Assembly: GCA_050084985.1 (NCBI GenBank)
Contig: JBITNC010000001.1
Span: 146,816,001 to 146,880,000, forward strand
Length of the DNA: 64,000 nt
Source of the DNA: Nageia nagi
Lineage: Eukaryota > Plantae > Pinophyta
Direction of reading: 5' to 3'
Shown piece by piece: positions 13,561-26,400 of this stretch. The translations under genes were made by a program, and so were the position numbers. Numbering within the stretch: position 1 is the stretch's first letter; each line of letters starts with the position of its first letter. Below the pieces are notes generated by a model. The model was not told where the DNA came from. It worked only from the letters and a program-made list of their open reading frames with translations, and ran no database searches.

Positions 13561-14505
13561 CTGTAGCTGGAATGTCTCACTATCGATTCACATATAAATC
13601 ATGAAAGTGATGTCTCATAAATAGTGTCTCATTAGGTTGTTTCACAAAACAATCAATATTAGTCATATTGTTATGTTCTAAACTTGTATGTCTACCAAAA
13701 AACATAAACTTTCATTCAAACTTGTAAGACATATTGAGGTACCTTCATTTCGTTGATGCATCTATTGTGAATGTAATATCATTATGGAAGTCATTTGTAG
13801 TGTATTAGTTACTTATGTCCTCTTCGTATCCACCAAGCACTCTAAATTTATAAAATGGTTCATGCTTTAGTAGTCACACGGTGTGTCCTAATTCAAACTA
13901 GGGTAGTATGCACCTAGCACCATGATACCAACCAAACATTAACTTGCACTACATTAAAAAACTTCATCATATGCTAAAATATAAAATTTATCTAAACTAG
14001 CATAATTTCATAATTTGGAACTAAGCATTTACCACATGCATAGTTACTACTTGTTGCATTAGGGAAACCATGTTTGTGCTCATAAGATACATTACATGAA
14101 GTTATTAAGCTATTATAATTATTAACAAAGTGAGAAAATAAAATAGTTGCATTTGGAATAGTATTTTTTGCAAAAAAATGCAAGTTTACAAGAAAAAATG
14201 AAAGCAATTATAATTTTGTACTTTTAAATCACAATCTTGTAAGACATTTTGGTCTAATCTCAACATTCAGTATCTTAAGGGACCAACCAATAACATTTTA
14301 CAAAGTTTCAACACTTAAATTGACACATTTTTGGACAAGTTTCAATTAAATTCTCAAAATATTGATGAATTCACATAAAACAAAGCAAAATCCTATTTAC
14401 ACAGGGTTAAATCTATGTGAAAACCAACAAACTAGGCTTCAAATGTAATTCACAATACCAAATTTTTAAAAAATATGCAAAATAAGCCCAAAAAAATGCT
14501 CCAGG

Positions 14506-14622
14506 CTAGGTGCACTTATTCCTTAAGCGTAGTGTGCGTGGTCCTAGGTGCAGTGCGCCTAGCCCACAAGCTTCGAGGCATAGTACGCTTGGTTGTAAGG
14601 CATTGGTTACATTGCACCTTAG
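14506..14622. repeat. Second cluster of CTAGG(T/C)GCA motifs, upstream of the antisense PMD ORF
   Basis: CTAGGTGCA at 14506; near-perfect palindrome CTAGGTGCA-G-TGCGCCTAG at 14544-14562; degenerate copies near 14523, 14574 and 14600-14622. Confidence 0.7.
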
Positions 14623-15714
14623 GCTTGGGAGCTAAAAAATTGCATAAAATTACCTTTTTTGCCTATTTTTGATGAAACAAAGATTGTGACAAGTTGATTT
14701 GGGACACAATAGTTGGTGGGTAACGATCTATTTTCGAATCTGGTATCTCATTTGAGCATAATCATTGAATTTTAAAATTGGAAATCCTCTTGGATGGTTT
14801 TTTTTAGTAATATTACATTTTTCTTTCAATTCAGACTATTTTTCAAAAAATTGGAATCATGAAAATATAATTAGAGACAAAAAAGTAGGTGGGTATCGAT
14901 CTATTTTTGGATTTGACCCTTTGTTTGAGCACAACAAGCAAACTTTGACATAAAACCCTCTCTTTTATGGTTTTTTGGAAACTTGGTTTTTCTAAATCTA
15001 TCCAATTTGGGGTAAAATTAGGTAAAGAAGTATTTTGCTATGTTCTAGGCATGCACTACATATTTTTATCTAGACAGCTTGGGGCATTTCATAGTCAAAC
15101 TAATTAAATTCAAAAATTGCATTATTTTTTGCTAAAAAACATATAAAACTTTCAAAAAATATTAAAAATTGCATATTCATATTTGAATGCCTACCAGAAG
15201 TCCAAGGCATGGTTGTCCTACTCTAGCAAGAGCTCTTAGTGCCTTGTTCATCATCATGGTCACTTAGTTGCTCTCTTTTCACCAAATTTGCACTTTCCAA
15301 ATGGCCAAAATGAGTCAAAATGGTAATTTTTTTTTATCTCTTATTTGCTATTTTTGACCACAAATGTTCAAAACCCATTATTTTTCATAATTCACACACA
15401 ACCTTACCTTTTTTGATCGATCCTGTATTTTCCATCATCATTAATACAATATCATTCAGGGTGTAACACCTACATTTTCAAAATTCAAACTTTTTTTCTA
15501 AATTTTTTTGAAAAATTCAAAATTTCAAAAGTTTACTTACAAATTGCAAAAGATTCTTTTAAAAACAAAATTGTTCAAATATTTTAAAAATTTTAAAGTT
15601 TAAACTACCAAATTTCAAAATTTTCAAATGTAAAAATGCTTTTATTTGAAAATGCAAAAGTTGAAATTTAAATTTTTAAGACTGAGTGCTTGCTAGTAAG
15701 TCTACAAGCTTACC

Positions 15715-16395
15715 CCTTCATGAATGTTAGGTTTAACATATAGAATCATCAAATTCCTACCTCCATGAACACTTTGCTTAGGTTTGGTATAGATTATTAA
15801 TCAAATCCAATATAAGTGGTTCAAAAATTTTGCCATCATGAACACTTTGCATAGGTTTGACGTAAATGATTGTCAAATATTATATAAGTTGTTCAAAGTT
15901 CTACAATTACAAAATAACTTTAGATAGGCTTGGCAAGTGTCAAGTACTATATAATTTGTTTCAAATTTTACAACTTTTTCTTTCATAAAACAAAATTGCA
16001 TAGGCTTGATGGGCATCAAGTACTATATAAGTTGATTCAATTTTTTTAGTCTTTTTTGCCACACATTATTTAGGGTTCGAATTGTCGAAAAGTACATTCA
16101 AATTGCTATTTATTTTTGTTTCAAATTTTATAGTTTTTTCCACCATGAACATATTGTTTAGGGTTTGAATTTTCAAAAAGTACATTCGAATTGCTATTCA
16201 TATTTATTCCGAATTTTATAGTTTTTTGAAATACTTTATGAACAACTTTGCATGGGTTTGGTTGGCATCAAATACTATATAAGTTAGTTCAAATGTTATG
16301 CTTTTTTCCATCATAAATACATTGTATATTATTTGAATTATTAAAAAGTACATTCAAATTACTATGCGTGTTTGTTCAAAGTTGTAAGCTTTCAT
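15715..16395. repeat. Diverged tandem array (~75-85 bp units, about 8-9 copies) in the 3' UTR of element A
   Basis: Recurring CATGAACA(C)TTTGC.TAGG(T/C)TTG...TACTATATAAGTT...TTCAAA and a variant AAAAGTACATTC.AATTGCTAT. Confidence 0.8.
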
Positions 16396-16482
16396 ATTAT
16401 TCTAAAAGTTCAAAATAATTGTCTAACTAATATCCATTTATCTACATTATTGAACTATTTTTTTGTGCAAAAGACCTAGTCC

Positions 16483-16495
16483 AAGAGGGGCAAAA
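16483..16495 (+). promoter_or_regulatory. Polypurine tract of element A
   Basis: AAGAGGGGCAAAA immediately before the TG of the 3' LTR. Confidence 0.85.
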
Positions 16496-17648
16496 TGTAG
16501 ACACCAAAAAATAACACTTATTCAATGACATGAGTTAAATACATTGATATGTTTTAATTCATTATTTTGTCTAATTTATATATCAAATATATTCACAAAA
16601 GCTAAAGTATTGCAAAAGGAGCTAAATTGATTTAAATTGAAATAAAGTGCAAAAGTGGGTATCTAGCTATATTCACTTAAGTTGCTAAAGGAGGTATATA
16701 ACTCAATGCAAAATTAGAATTTCCTCTCTCTTGCACTCTCTTTCTCATTATTCACTTGCACACTTATGATTTCATGCTTCTAATTTGCTCCAAGATTGCT
16801 CACAGGTTTTAAAGGCTAGGGTTTGAAGGATAATTCAAGGTTTTAAAACTATTGAAGGATTTACTACTACTACAACCTCAACATCTTCATGCTACACCTT
16901 TTTTGGTAATACTCTTGTGGTTAATTTTATTTTATATTGCTTAGATTGTTGTATCCTTAAGGTTTTTGTAGGTTTGGAGACATTTCCACCATGGAAAAGC
17001 TTGGGATGATCTGCCTTTGTATCTTCCAATAAATTTGTATGAATTTAGTGTATTTACTAGGCTAGTTTCATAATAATTTGCATCTCTATGATAGAATCCT
17101 AAATTTCAATCCATTCATACATTAGTTCATGGTTTAAACATATATTTACTCTTGTGGGTATCCTTGGATCTCATAGATCCAAGTATCTTTAAAGATCTTT
17201 AACTTTCATAGGTTTTAAGCTTTCATAGGGTTTGAAGCACTAAATTTCATATTTATCCATGAATACATGAAAATATCCACCTATATTTCTTAATTACACC
17301 ATACAAATTATTCAAAAATCATTTAGGTATACACATCTTGCATCATATGCATCCATTATTTAATTATCTTCATTGATTGGAGGCTAGGGGACTTACATTG
17401 CTATTAGGAGTGAGGTAACTCCCTCCAATCTCATTTAGGTGCATTAAGGAGCCTAAATTGGAGGTCCCCCTACCCACATTAGATTCATTTAGGTATCTTT
17501 GATATTATATCCAAATATTGAAAGCTAATTTGAAGTTTTACACATACCTTTAACACAATATTTGCATCATTCAAATTGAAGAAAACACATGTTATATACA
17601 CTTGAGATTTGTGTGTGATACTAACTCATTTATGTGTTTTAGTCCACA
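16496..17648 (+). repeat. 3' LTR of element A
   Basis: Direct repeat of 2843-3983 with TG...CA termini. Confidence 0.92.
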
Positions 17649-17985
17649 TAAAGCATGAATTTTGGTGAACACCTTAGATTGCTTCCATCCATTCCAGAAA
17701 TCACTATAGTTCCTCCATGGTTGTATATCCTCCTATCTATGGTTAGGACTACTCCAAAAATGGTAATAGCCTGCCTATAGGAAAGGCTACCTCTAAGCTC
17801 TCTTAATTTCTCCCAAAATAACTTCTTTTTCAACTTGGATTTCCCCCTCAAAGACTCCTCATGGAAGCATTTTACCTTGTAGAACCCATATTTTTTCATT
17901 CCCATGACTCTATGTTTCATCTATCCTCCCATAGAAGTTGTGACCTTTTACTTGCCCCGAGATTCCATTGTTACCACGATGTAGA

Positions 17986-18549
17986 TGTTGGAATTTATAA
18001 TGAATTATTTTAAGGTCTCTTCATGTAATTCACTTAATACTTAAGGGTATCCCTAGATACCTTAAGTATTTAGTGAATATGATAATGTAAATTCACTAAT
18101 ACTTAAAAGTATCCTTAGATACCTTTTAAGTATTTGTGAATAAGATAATGTTACTTGTCCTACACTCCATCTCATGAGGATGCCCCTTGGGTAAAAGGGT
18201 GATGCATATCATGAAATTTTACAATGGTTAAAAGGATGATTCTATGGAGGATTTTGGCCTATAAATAGAGGGCCCTCTCCTTGAGATTACTCTCTCAAAT
18301 TTGTAGCAAAGTTATGCTCTTCTCTAGGTTGTAGGATAAGTGATAAAGTGAATTATAAGAGAGTAATCTTTGAGAATAAGATTTTAGATTAGTGGATGTA
18401 CTTCCATGGTTAGAGGAACCAATTTATATCAATGTCATCTTGTGTAAATGCTACTTTGAGTTTGTTTTATTAATTCTTAAGGAATTGAGATATCCTTCAT
18501 GTTATCTTGGGTAATTGGGGAATTTAGTATTTTGGGCTTGATTCTCTCA
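17986..18549 (+). mobile_element. Solo LTR of the same copia family as the element at 26969-47510
   Basis: TGTTGGAA...CTCTCA; aligns to the reverse complement of 26969-27449; CCTATAAATAG TATA box at ~18258; flanks GTAGA/ATGGA differ by two transitions (possible decayed TSD). Confidence 0.85.
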
Positions 18550-19569
18550 ATGGATGCTCTAAATGATAAATGGCATGGTGTGGGCACTCTAAATGCAGTA
18601 TAATGGATAAGAATAGTTCATAGGAAATCAACACTTATGGAAATAAAACCTTCAACAAACATAGGTATGTGTATACTCATTGGAAATGTATCTTTGATGA
18701 CTATCCAATGAAGAAAGAATCAACTCAATTAGATCTAGGTATCAAAATTTATGCCTTTTAAAAGATTACTGATATATTTTCATGACAAGTTCTAGCTATA
18801 TCAATACCACAAAACCATTAGGAATTAGTTTCAAACATCACAAAAAACATTAGCATTCACTAATTAGCAATTAGGGACATTACACCAAGTCACTCATCCC
18901 CTATATAGGGAGGCACGATTACTAGCATTACTCCCCATTCCCACTAATTTGGATATGAAAGGGCATTATACACCACTAGTGTAGCCCCTATTGGTCCCTA
19001 TTTATGACCCTAAATGAAATATGTTGTATCAGATGACACAAGCTTCAACCTTATTATCTGCATAACTTATGTCACATAGGGTATACACTGGCCTATTTTA
19101 TATAAATATATATATATATAAATATATATATATATATTAAGAATAAAATATATAAAAACTAATAAATTAAATAAAACTTTATTTAACTTAAAAAATATTA
19201 TTTTCTAAAACAATAAAAAAGGGGATTTAATTTTAAAAAATGGAGATCTCCCAAATCAATTTTGGGGCTTTTCTAAAAAACCAAACTAAATAAAATATGG
19301 TCTTAACCAACAAAATAAAAATATCTCTTCAATAAGGGAAGGGAATAGTTTTTATTAATTTTTATTTCAACAAATAATAGAAAACCTAATTTAGAAAAAT
19401 AATATTGCAAAATTTGAATAGAGTAAAATTGGAGGATTTCTTAGGTTTTCTTACCTCTTTGGTCTAGAACTCGAATTTTAGCTTCAATTAGTAAATTGTG
19501 GGCTTAATACCACTTAATGGTGTAAAATGGAATAATAATATTTACAAAAGTAATATTATATGCAACTAA

Positions 19570-20445
19570 TTGTAATGAAATAATAAAACCCTAAATTATT
19601 AAAAAAAAAATAGAAGAATATTAATCAAACCATAATGTAGAATACCATATATAATGTGGTAAATCCTTTGGAGAAGAAAAATGGAACCTCCACAACTAGT
19701 AAGAGATTATTCATAATTTCATTCCTCTTTCTGAAATGTAATACAATCTTGATCTTAGTTCCAAAAAACTATGTTAGATACCCTCAAAATTGACATTGCA
19801 TATATGAAAAATAACATATGCAAACTATACAAAAACTCAATAATACAAAGTGAGTAATGGGAGGTGATATTCTTATTGATGAATTTCCATATTTTTTTTG
19901 CTATTTGAATTTTCATCTTTTAATTAGATTGAATATTTATTCGTTGGAATTCCAAACTACTACTAGAAGTGTATTAGAGAAGTGTCTCATATAGACCTAA
20001 TTAATTATGCCACCACATGCCACTAGTCAACACCATGTGCCACCATACATATACCACAAATCACCTCACAGATGCCACATTCCAACATATACCCATCACA
20101 TACCTTCAACTTGGAGTCTCATACCAACTCATCTAATTTGATGTGACACATGCTAGCTATTATATTATTACAATAAATAATATATTAGCCTATGTATGCA
20201 TAATAAATAACCTATGTTATATATGATATTTATTGTCTAATGTGTGTGTGTGTGTGTGTATCAAAGTATTTATATTATATGTACCATATAATATAAATAT
20301 TGATATTAATATATTAATATATAATATAGTTAATTAACTAGATACCTTGAATCCATTATAATAATATTTACATATTAATAGGTGAATTAAAATATATTTA
20401 TAACAGTAGTTGCATTACTTGTTCCAATAAATTCCCCTCCCTCCT
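19570..20445 (-). mobile_element. Possible old LTR with PPT, minus strand
   Basis: Minus-strand GGAGGGAGGGGAAT (~20431-20444) precedes TATTGGAAC (possibly a decayed TGTTGG start); an LTR-like motif GTGGTAAATCCTTTGGAGAAGAAAA lies at ~19656. Boundaries uncertain. Confidence 0.3.
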
Positions 20446-22329
20446 GTTGTCTCAATGCCCATCAAGATCACATGCTCTTCTATTATTAAAAGTATATTGT
20501 AAGCTTGGGATTCCCTCAAGTCATAGATCCAATGGAGGGGATAAGGATTCTGTAAAGGCCTCTTCATAAATTCCTACAATGTCTAGTGATCCCCTATTTT
20601 TCTTTATGAGGTAACTCCATTGTTGTAGATCCAATAAATACATACACAATAGTTTTATAAAAAGGACATTAAATTTGTCTCTAATGTTTTCACATATCAT
20701 ATTAGAGGTTGATTCCTTAAGATGAATTTTAGTAGAGACATCAATTAAAACCTATGAACAAGGACATATATGATGTTGTTATTATCAACATACCAACCTA
20801 CATGCTCCATAAAATTAGAGTCCAGCCTCAACAACCTTAGTTGTCTAACTACAACTAGTTTAATGTGGACACCTTACTCCTTAGTTATAAAGCTTAGGAT
20901 TATGCCTAAGCATTCATTTTTTGCTTTAATCCTGCTTTATGATGTATTATCACTCAATAATTACCCCAAACAATTATGAATTGAAAATCGATGATGCCCT
21001 TTTTGCCAAGCATTAAAAATTCCATGCACCTTTTTTTATCTTGTAACAAATCCAATGAAGCTTCGTAGTGGATTTCCACACTTTTTTTACCCTTTTACAC
21101 TAAATATCCTATGTTAGCACTAGGCTCTCTTAGGGGATTAGGATTCTATCACCCTTCCTCTATTAGAAGTGTAATATTTCTTAGAAATGAACATTATTTT
21201 CTATAGTTAGAAATATAAGAATGATATTATTTTTGGTCAATGCTCTCCCTCTACTTATGTTAGTTGTGTTGATAAAGTTATGGTTTTTATGATGTGTGGC
21301 TACAAATTTTCATCCATATGGAGAATATGATAATGGAGGTGGAGCATCTTTGAACCCTCATGTATTACATGGGTAATTCTTCATGTATGGTTAGTTAGAT
21401 CTCAATAATTCATTCCCTGTAGGATTGATCTCATTCTTGATAATGTTGTTGACCTCCACCTCTTTCTCATTATAGATATCAAGGAAAACCTCATTCCCAA
21501 CCTCTATCAACCACCAACTCTTAGAATTCTTGAAGGCCAAATTCCTCAAGTCATGTGATTGGTTATGAGATGCTCCCCAATACATCTACATCAATCATTA
21601 GTTGGAGAGATAATTATCACCTAGTCAAGAATTTAAATGAGATAGGCTAGGAAATTGTATTAGTGTCCAATCCCTTACAACCTAATGGAAATAGGATTCT
21701 CCAACTTGAACCCCACCATATATGATTTAATTCTTCTACCACCACTTATAGTGCACTACCTCAATTTTAGTATGTTAAGTTTGCAATAAGTTCAATTACT
21801 TTGATTTCTTAGCTCAAATGAAATTAGTTTGAACCCCTAAGAAGATGTATTTTATCCACCCACACTTTTTGCATAAAAAGATATCATAGTTAATATAATA
21901 TATTTTCATTTACAATATTCTCACTACATTCATATAATCTTATAATAATACTTTACTATATATACAATACATTAATAACAAAAAGAATTCTCTAATTTTC
22001 TACTTCACTAATCATAATCAAAACCAAGTAGGGAGCTCTACATTTCTAAGAGTTGTAGTTTGCATGATCCATGTGATTTTTTTAAGGTCTCACACTGCAT
22101 CAAGTTGTGTGCAAGATTTATTACCTTTAACTTTGAGGGTCACGTCAGCTGTCCTAACACCACCTTAAGGGGTTGTTGGTTTTTTAATATGGATTTGGTT
22201 TATTTAGCATTTTTAACTATTATTGAAGCTATTACAAAAAGCAATGTACCCAAGGAAGCTTGGAAGTTCATCCTATAGATGTATTCTAAGGTAATCTCTT
22301 TGCTCCAGATGTTACTATTCATGTTGATG

Positions 22330-22920
22330 ACTTTAACAATGCTTATGGTTGGCTTGAAAAATATACTCTCATTGGATACTTTTTGGGATGTATCCCAATA
22401 GCTTCTATTATCTATAGTTGGGTTTAGTAGTACTAGACATCTTATGGTATCAAAGTGGAAGGAATTCAAAACCTTACCAAAGGTTTTTTCCTATTTTATT
22501 TCCCTAATGAGGATCATGCTAAGTTGTTCCTCAACCACAGCCCTTGGTATGTAAGGAAATCACTTCTAGTTTTTTAGCCATGGAAAAGATATTTTTTTAT
22601 TGAGGAGGGAGCTCTATTAGAAGTCCCCATGTGGGTCAAACTCCCCAATCTCCTAGTTTCTCTCTGGCCCTTTTTGAACAATATTGTTACCCTTATAAGC
22701 ATATTTGTCTATGTTGAATAATCGAAGTTCTATGGGTTTCTTCCCTATAAATAAGTCTATGTTAAGATAGACTTCTCAAAGGACTTAAAAGACCATCTAG
22801 TGCTAAATATTGAATAGTTCACTTTCTATCAATGGTTGGTTTATATCAACTTACCAAATACTTATTACAAATGCTAGTCAAGTGATCACAAGATCTGAGA
22901 TTTCCCACTTATGGAAGGAA
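22330..22920 (+). pseudogene. LINE ORF1 remnant (DUF4283-type RRM plus zinc knuckle)
   Basis: KGFFLFYF...LNHSPWYVRKSLLVF*PW...EVPMWVKLPNL...VYVKIDFSKDL...YINLPNTYYKC*SSDHKI*DFP. Confidence 0.82.
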
Positions 22921-23454
22921 GATTCAAACCTTGATAGCCAATGGCTAATATACCTGCTAGCTTGACATCGATTTAAACCCCCCAATAACTTGTTAAGGCC
23001 ACCCTAGTAATGGAAATAGTGACCCATCAAGATAACAGATTCTGGTAGGGAGGAAAAATCATAAAATGAAATAATAAGCTAGACAACATCCTGTTGCTTT
23101 ACCTCATGTAAACATAATCTTAGCTCCACCATTGCATCTTGTTGCTCACTCCTAGCCACCATGATAATCTTCCACACCCAATACTTCCCATGCAATCATT
23201 CATAGCTCCTCACCTTCAAGTACCCAAACTAATTACAAAAAAGCATTGATTCATCCTAGTAGGTCCTACAGTCTTCCTAGAATATTCTCATCTACCCATA
23301 AATATTTAAGCATCCTTTTAGTATGTTTATAGATACCAATCATGCAAACTTCCTTGCAAACCCATATTCTTCTCTTAGGGATTTGGGACACACCAAGGAT
23401 TTTGACATAGAGGATCCTAAGATAGAGGAATATGATGGTGATATACACTTAGAA

Positions 23455-26400
23455 TCTTCTCAAAGAATTTCATATCATAGAATGTTAGAAGGTTGATGAA
23501 CCCAGTCTGAAAATATTTGATCTGTAGGGAAATTAGTAATGTTATTGAAGAGTATGGAAAACTAGATTTTCTTTCCCTACAAGAAGTTAAAATCTTTGAT
23601 TTTAACCTAGAAAGTATCAACTCCTTTTTAGGCTAGAAAAGTTTTCTATACTACCAATCATTGCCATGGTATAGGTGGATTTATCACAATCATTCCTCCA
23701 AAGTGGAAATCCTAATTAATCTCTTGGGAAATAGACTCGTCGAGTAAAGCAATATGGATACTCTTTGATTTTGATGGGCATCATTTCAAATTTATCAATG
23801 TTTATGCTACCAACCAAGGACTTGAGAAATGTAATCTTTGGTGGTTGCTTATGTTGTCTCTACCATAAGTAGTTTGGATATTTTGTGGTGATTTTAAAAT
23901 GGTTGAGACACCAAAAGATAAGATTGGAAGACTTCCTATGCGATGGTGTGCATTCAAAAGGGATGCCTTATTCTTTAAAAAAAAATAAGCATAGACTTGT
24001 CAACCCCATCTCCTATCATACCCCTCAAAGTTTCCTAGACTTTATTTGGTTTACTTGATCCAAGTCAAGGGAGATATAATTCTTAAGATATTAGATAGAG
24101 CCATGCTTTTTGAACATTCTATTTTTTCTTTCTAAAATCTATCCTCAAATTTTTCCCTTATCTATGCTATTCCAAGTAACACCATCTTTGATCATTTACA
24201 ATTTTTTTAAAAATAGCTCCATCATTGCATCGCCATATAATCTTCCATTCTAATTTTTATCTTAATGTCTCTTTTATTCACCACCCTGCTACTATTGATC
24301 ATATATGTAGAGTTTAGAACCTAGTTCCATGACCTGTTGGAGCCACAGGGTGGATTGAGGGGTGGAATGATGTTATCTTCATAACAACCTTAGTTTTGAG
24401 AATTTTGGGAGTCAAGATTGCTAAAATTGGTAAGAACTCTAGCAATGCACTCATAAATGAGTATGATCATACTTATCTCAAGTTGGAAGCGAACCCTTGG
24501 AGTATTCAACTTCAATAAAATGTTGTTGTAGTTAGACATGAATTGAGAAAAGTTAAGCTTTATGATCCAAAATGGATTTTAGAGTCTTAAAAAAAGCTAA
24601 TTTTTCAAGTTTATAATTTTTTTAATTATTCTATTACATATTAAAGAGCTCTCTTCCATGATTCCATAACTTACAAACCAATCAAGTTAGCCTCCAACAC
24701 AGATTTGCACTTGGTAGCTATCAAAATTTTGACTAAAGTCATGAATGCGGAATGATAATTTATCATTTTGTGAGAGCCATAACTTTCAAGTATTTAATCC
24801 AAATGCCTTTAAATTTTAACCACATATTCATCATAATATTAGGTACCCATGATTCAAATTTTAAGCTATGAATCAACCTAAGATGCTCTTGGTGATTCCA
24901 TCAATAGAGCCTTCCATACATATTTTGCATTTTTTTATATTTAACTCCAAATTTTGAAAAGCCATAACTTACAAACCATAGCTTTGTTTTATTTATCGTT
25001 TGAAGTATTGGATTCATAGAAGAGAGATATTTAATATGGAACAAAATAATTAATAAAATTATAAACTTGAAAAATCACCTTTTTTTAAGACTCTGAAATC
25101 CATTTCAGATCACTTTATGGAGTTAAGGGGGCTCAGATTCAAGCCTGCATGCATTGCCTTCATATTGGAGACAAAGTCACTAAAGAATTATTCCAAAAGA
25201 TGAGGCCACCTATAATGATAATACATTTCAAATCCATAATGGATGAGGATGTAAAAATTACAAACCCCTTGGTATTGTCCATGCCTTTGTTAAGCATTAC
25301 CAATAAGTCTTTGCCTCATAATCCCTTACTTTGGAGAGATAAGAAGCCTTGGTAGAATGTTGTGGTGTTTTAGAAAGTCAAGGAGTGTAAGCTCCCACTC
25401 ACTATTAAGGATCTAAAGTAAGCTCCTTTATATATAGCAAATGAGAAAGCTCCTAGGCTTGATGGATTCCTCTATGAATTTTACAAGGAACTTTGGGATG
25501 TGGTCAACCTAGATCTTCTCTATGTTTATCATTAAGCCCTTGCTATTAGTACATTAAGATATATTATAAATAAAAGGAATATTAAGCTCATTCCCAAGAC
25601 TAAAATTCCTAAGCTTATCACTAGTTGGAGACCTATAACTTGATTAAATGTTAGCTACAAAATCATAGCTAAAGCCTTAGCCTTAAGGCTTAGACCTTTG
25701 TTGCCTCAAATTATTCACCCTGAGAAAATAGGCTTCATTCAAATTTGGTACATCCTTAACACTATCATTGTAATTTGGGAAGGTATGGAATGGACTCAAG
25801 CTTCTAAGTAGAATACATTATTTATCAAAATTGATTTTGAGAAATCATATGATAAAATTGAGTGGACTTGTATTCTTTCAAAGCTCCATGCTCTTATTTT
25901 CTACCCTAGCTTCATTGCTTCAATTATTAAGATGCTTTTATCAAATGCTTTGATAGTTATTACCTTTTATGGTAATCAGAATAACCCAATTATGTTGCAC
26001 ATATCAATTAGACAAGGTTTCCCTTTAGCTCCCTCTCTTTATGTGTTAGTTGTTGAAGTGTTTGGTTACTTTCTTATGTATAAGGCCTCCCAAGTGATTC
26101 TCCATGGAATTTCTCTTTCTAGAAACCAAGAGAAGCTCATTAATGGTCACTTTGCATATGATTCTTTCCTCACTTTAAGGGAAGATCAAACTTCTACCCG
26201 ATAAGCTTTCTCTTGCTTGGACACATTATGCAAAGCTCATAGTTCTAGTATCTAATGGAATAAAACTTCTTTTTATAGATAATTTATGGAAATTTTTCTC
26301 AATTATCTATTGCAACATCAATGGTAATGGATTCAATCAAGAGAAGTATTCAAATTTCTAGGTATTCCTTTTGCTTTCTAAGCAACCTAAGCCCAAATTT

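Larger units (their letters stand above)
2843..17648 (+). mobile_element. Element A: decayed Ty3/gypsy Tat-superclade LTR retrotransposon (gag, RT, RH, aRH, INT, antisense PMD ORF)
   Basis: Two ~1.15 kb direct repeats (TGTAGACAC...AGTCCACA), PPT before the second, gypsy domain order with an extra RNase H between RH and INT. The flanks CCTTA/TAAAG do not form a TSD. Confidence 0.93.

Noticed and set aside
20241-20258. (TG)9 and other microsatellites ((TA)n at ~19108, ~30408, ~38568; CT/CA tract at ~53131)
   Set aside because: Ordinary simple repeats with no further structure.
20446-22030. Gypsy integrase/chromodomain remnant on the minus strand
   Set aside because: The position is suggestive, but I could not recover a convincing motif by hand.
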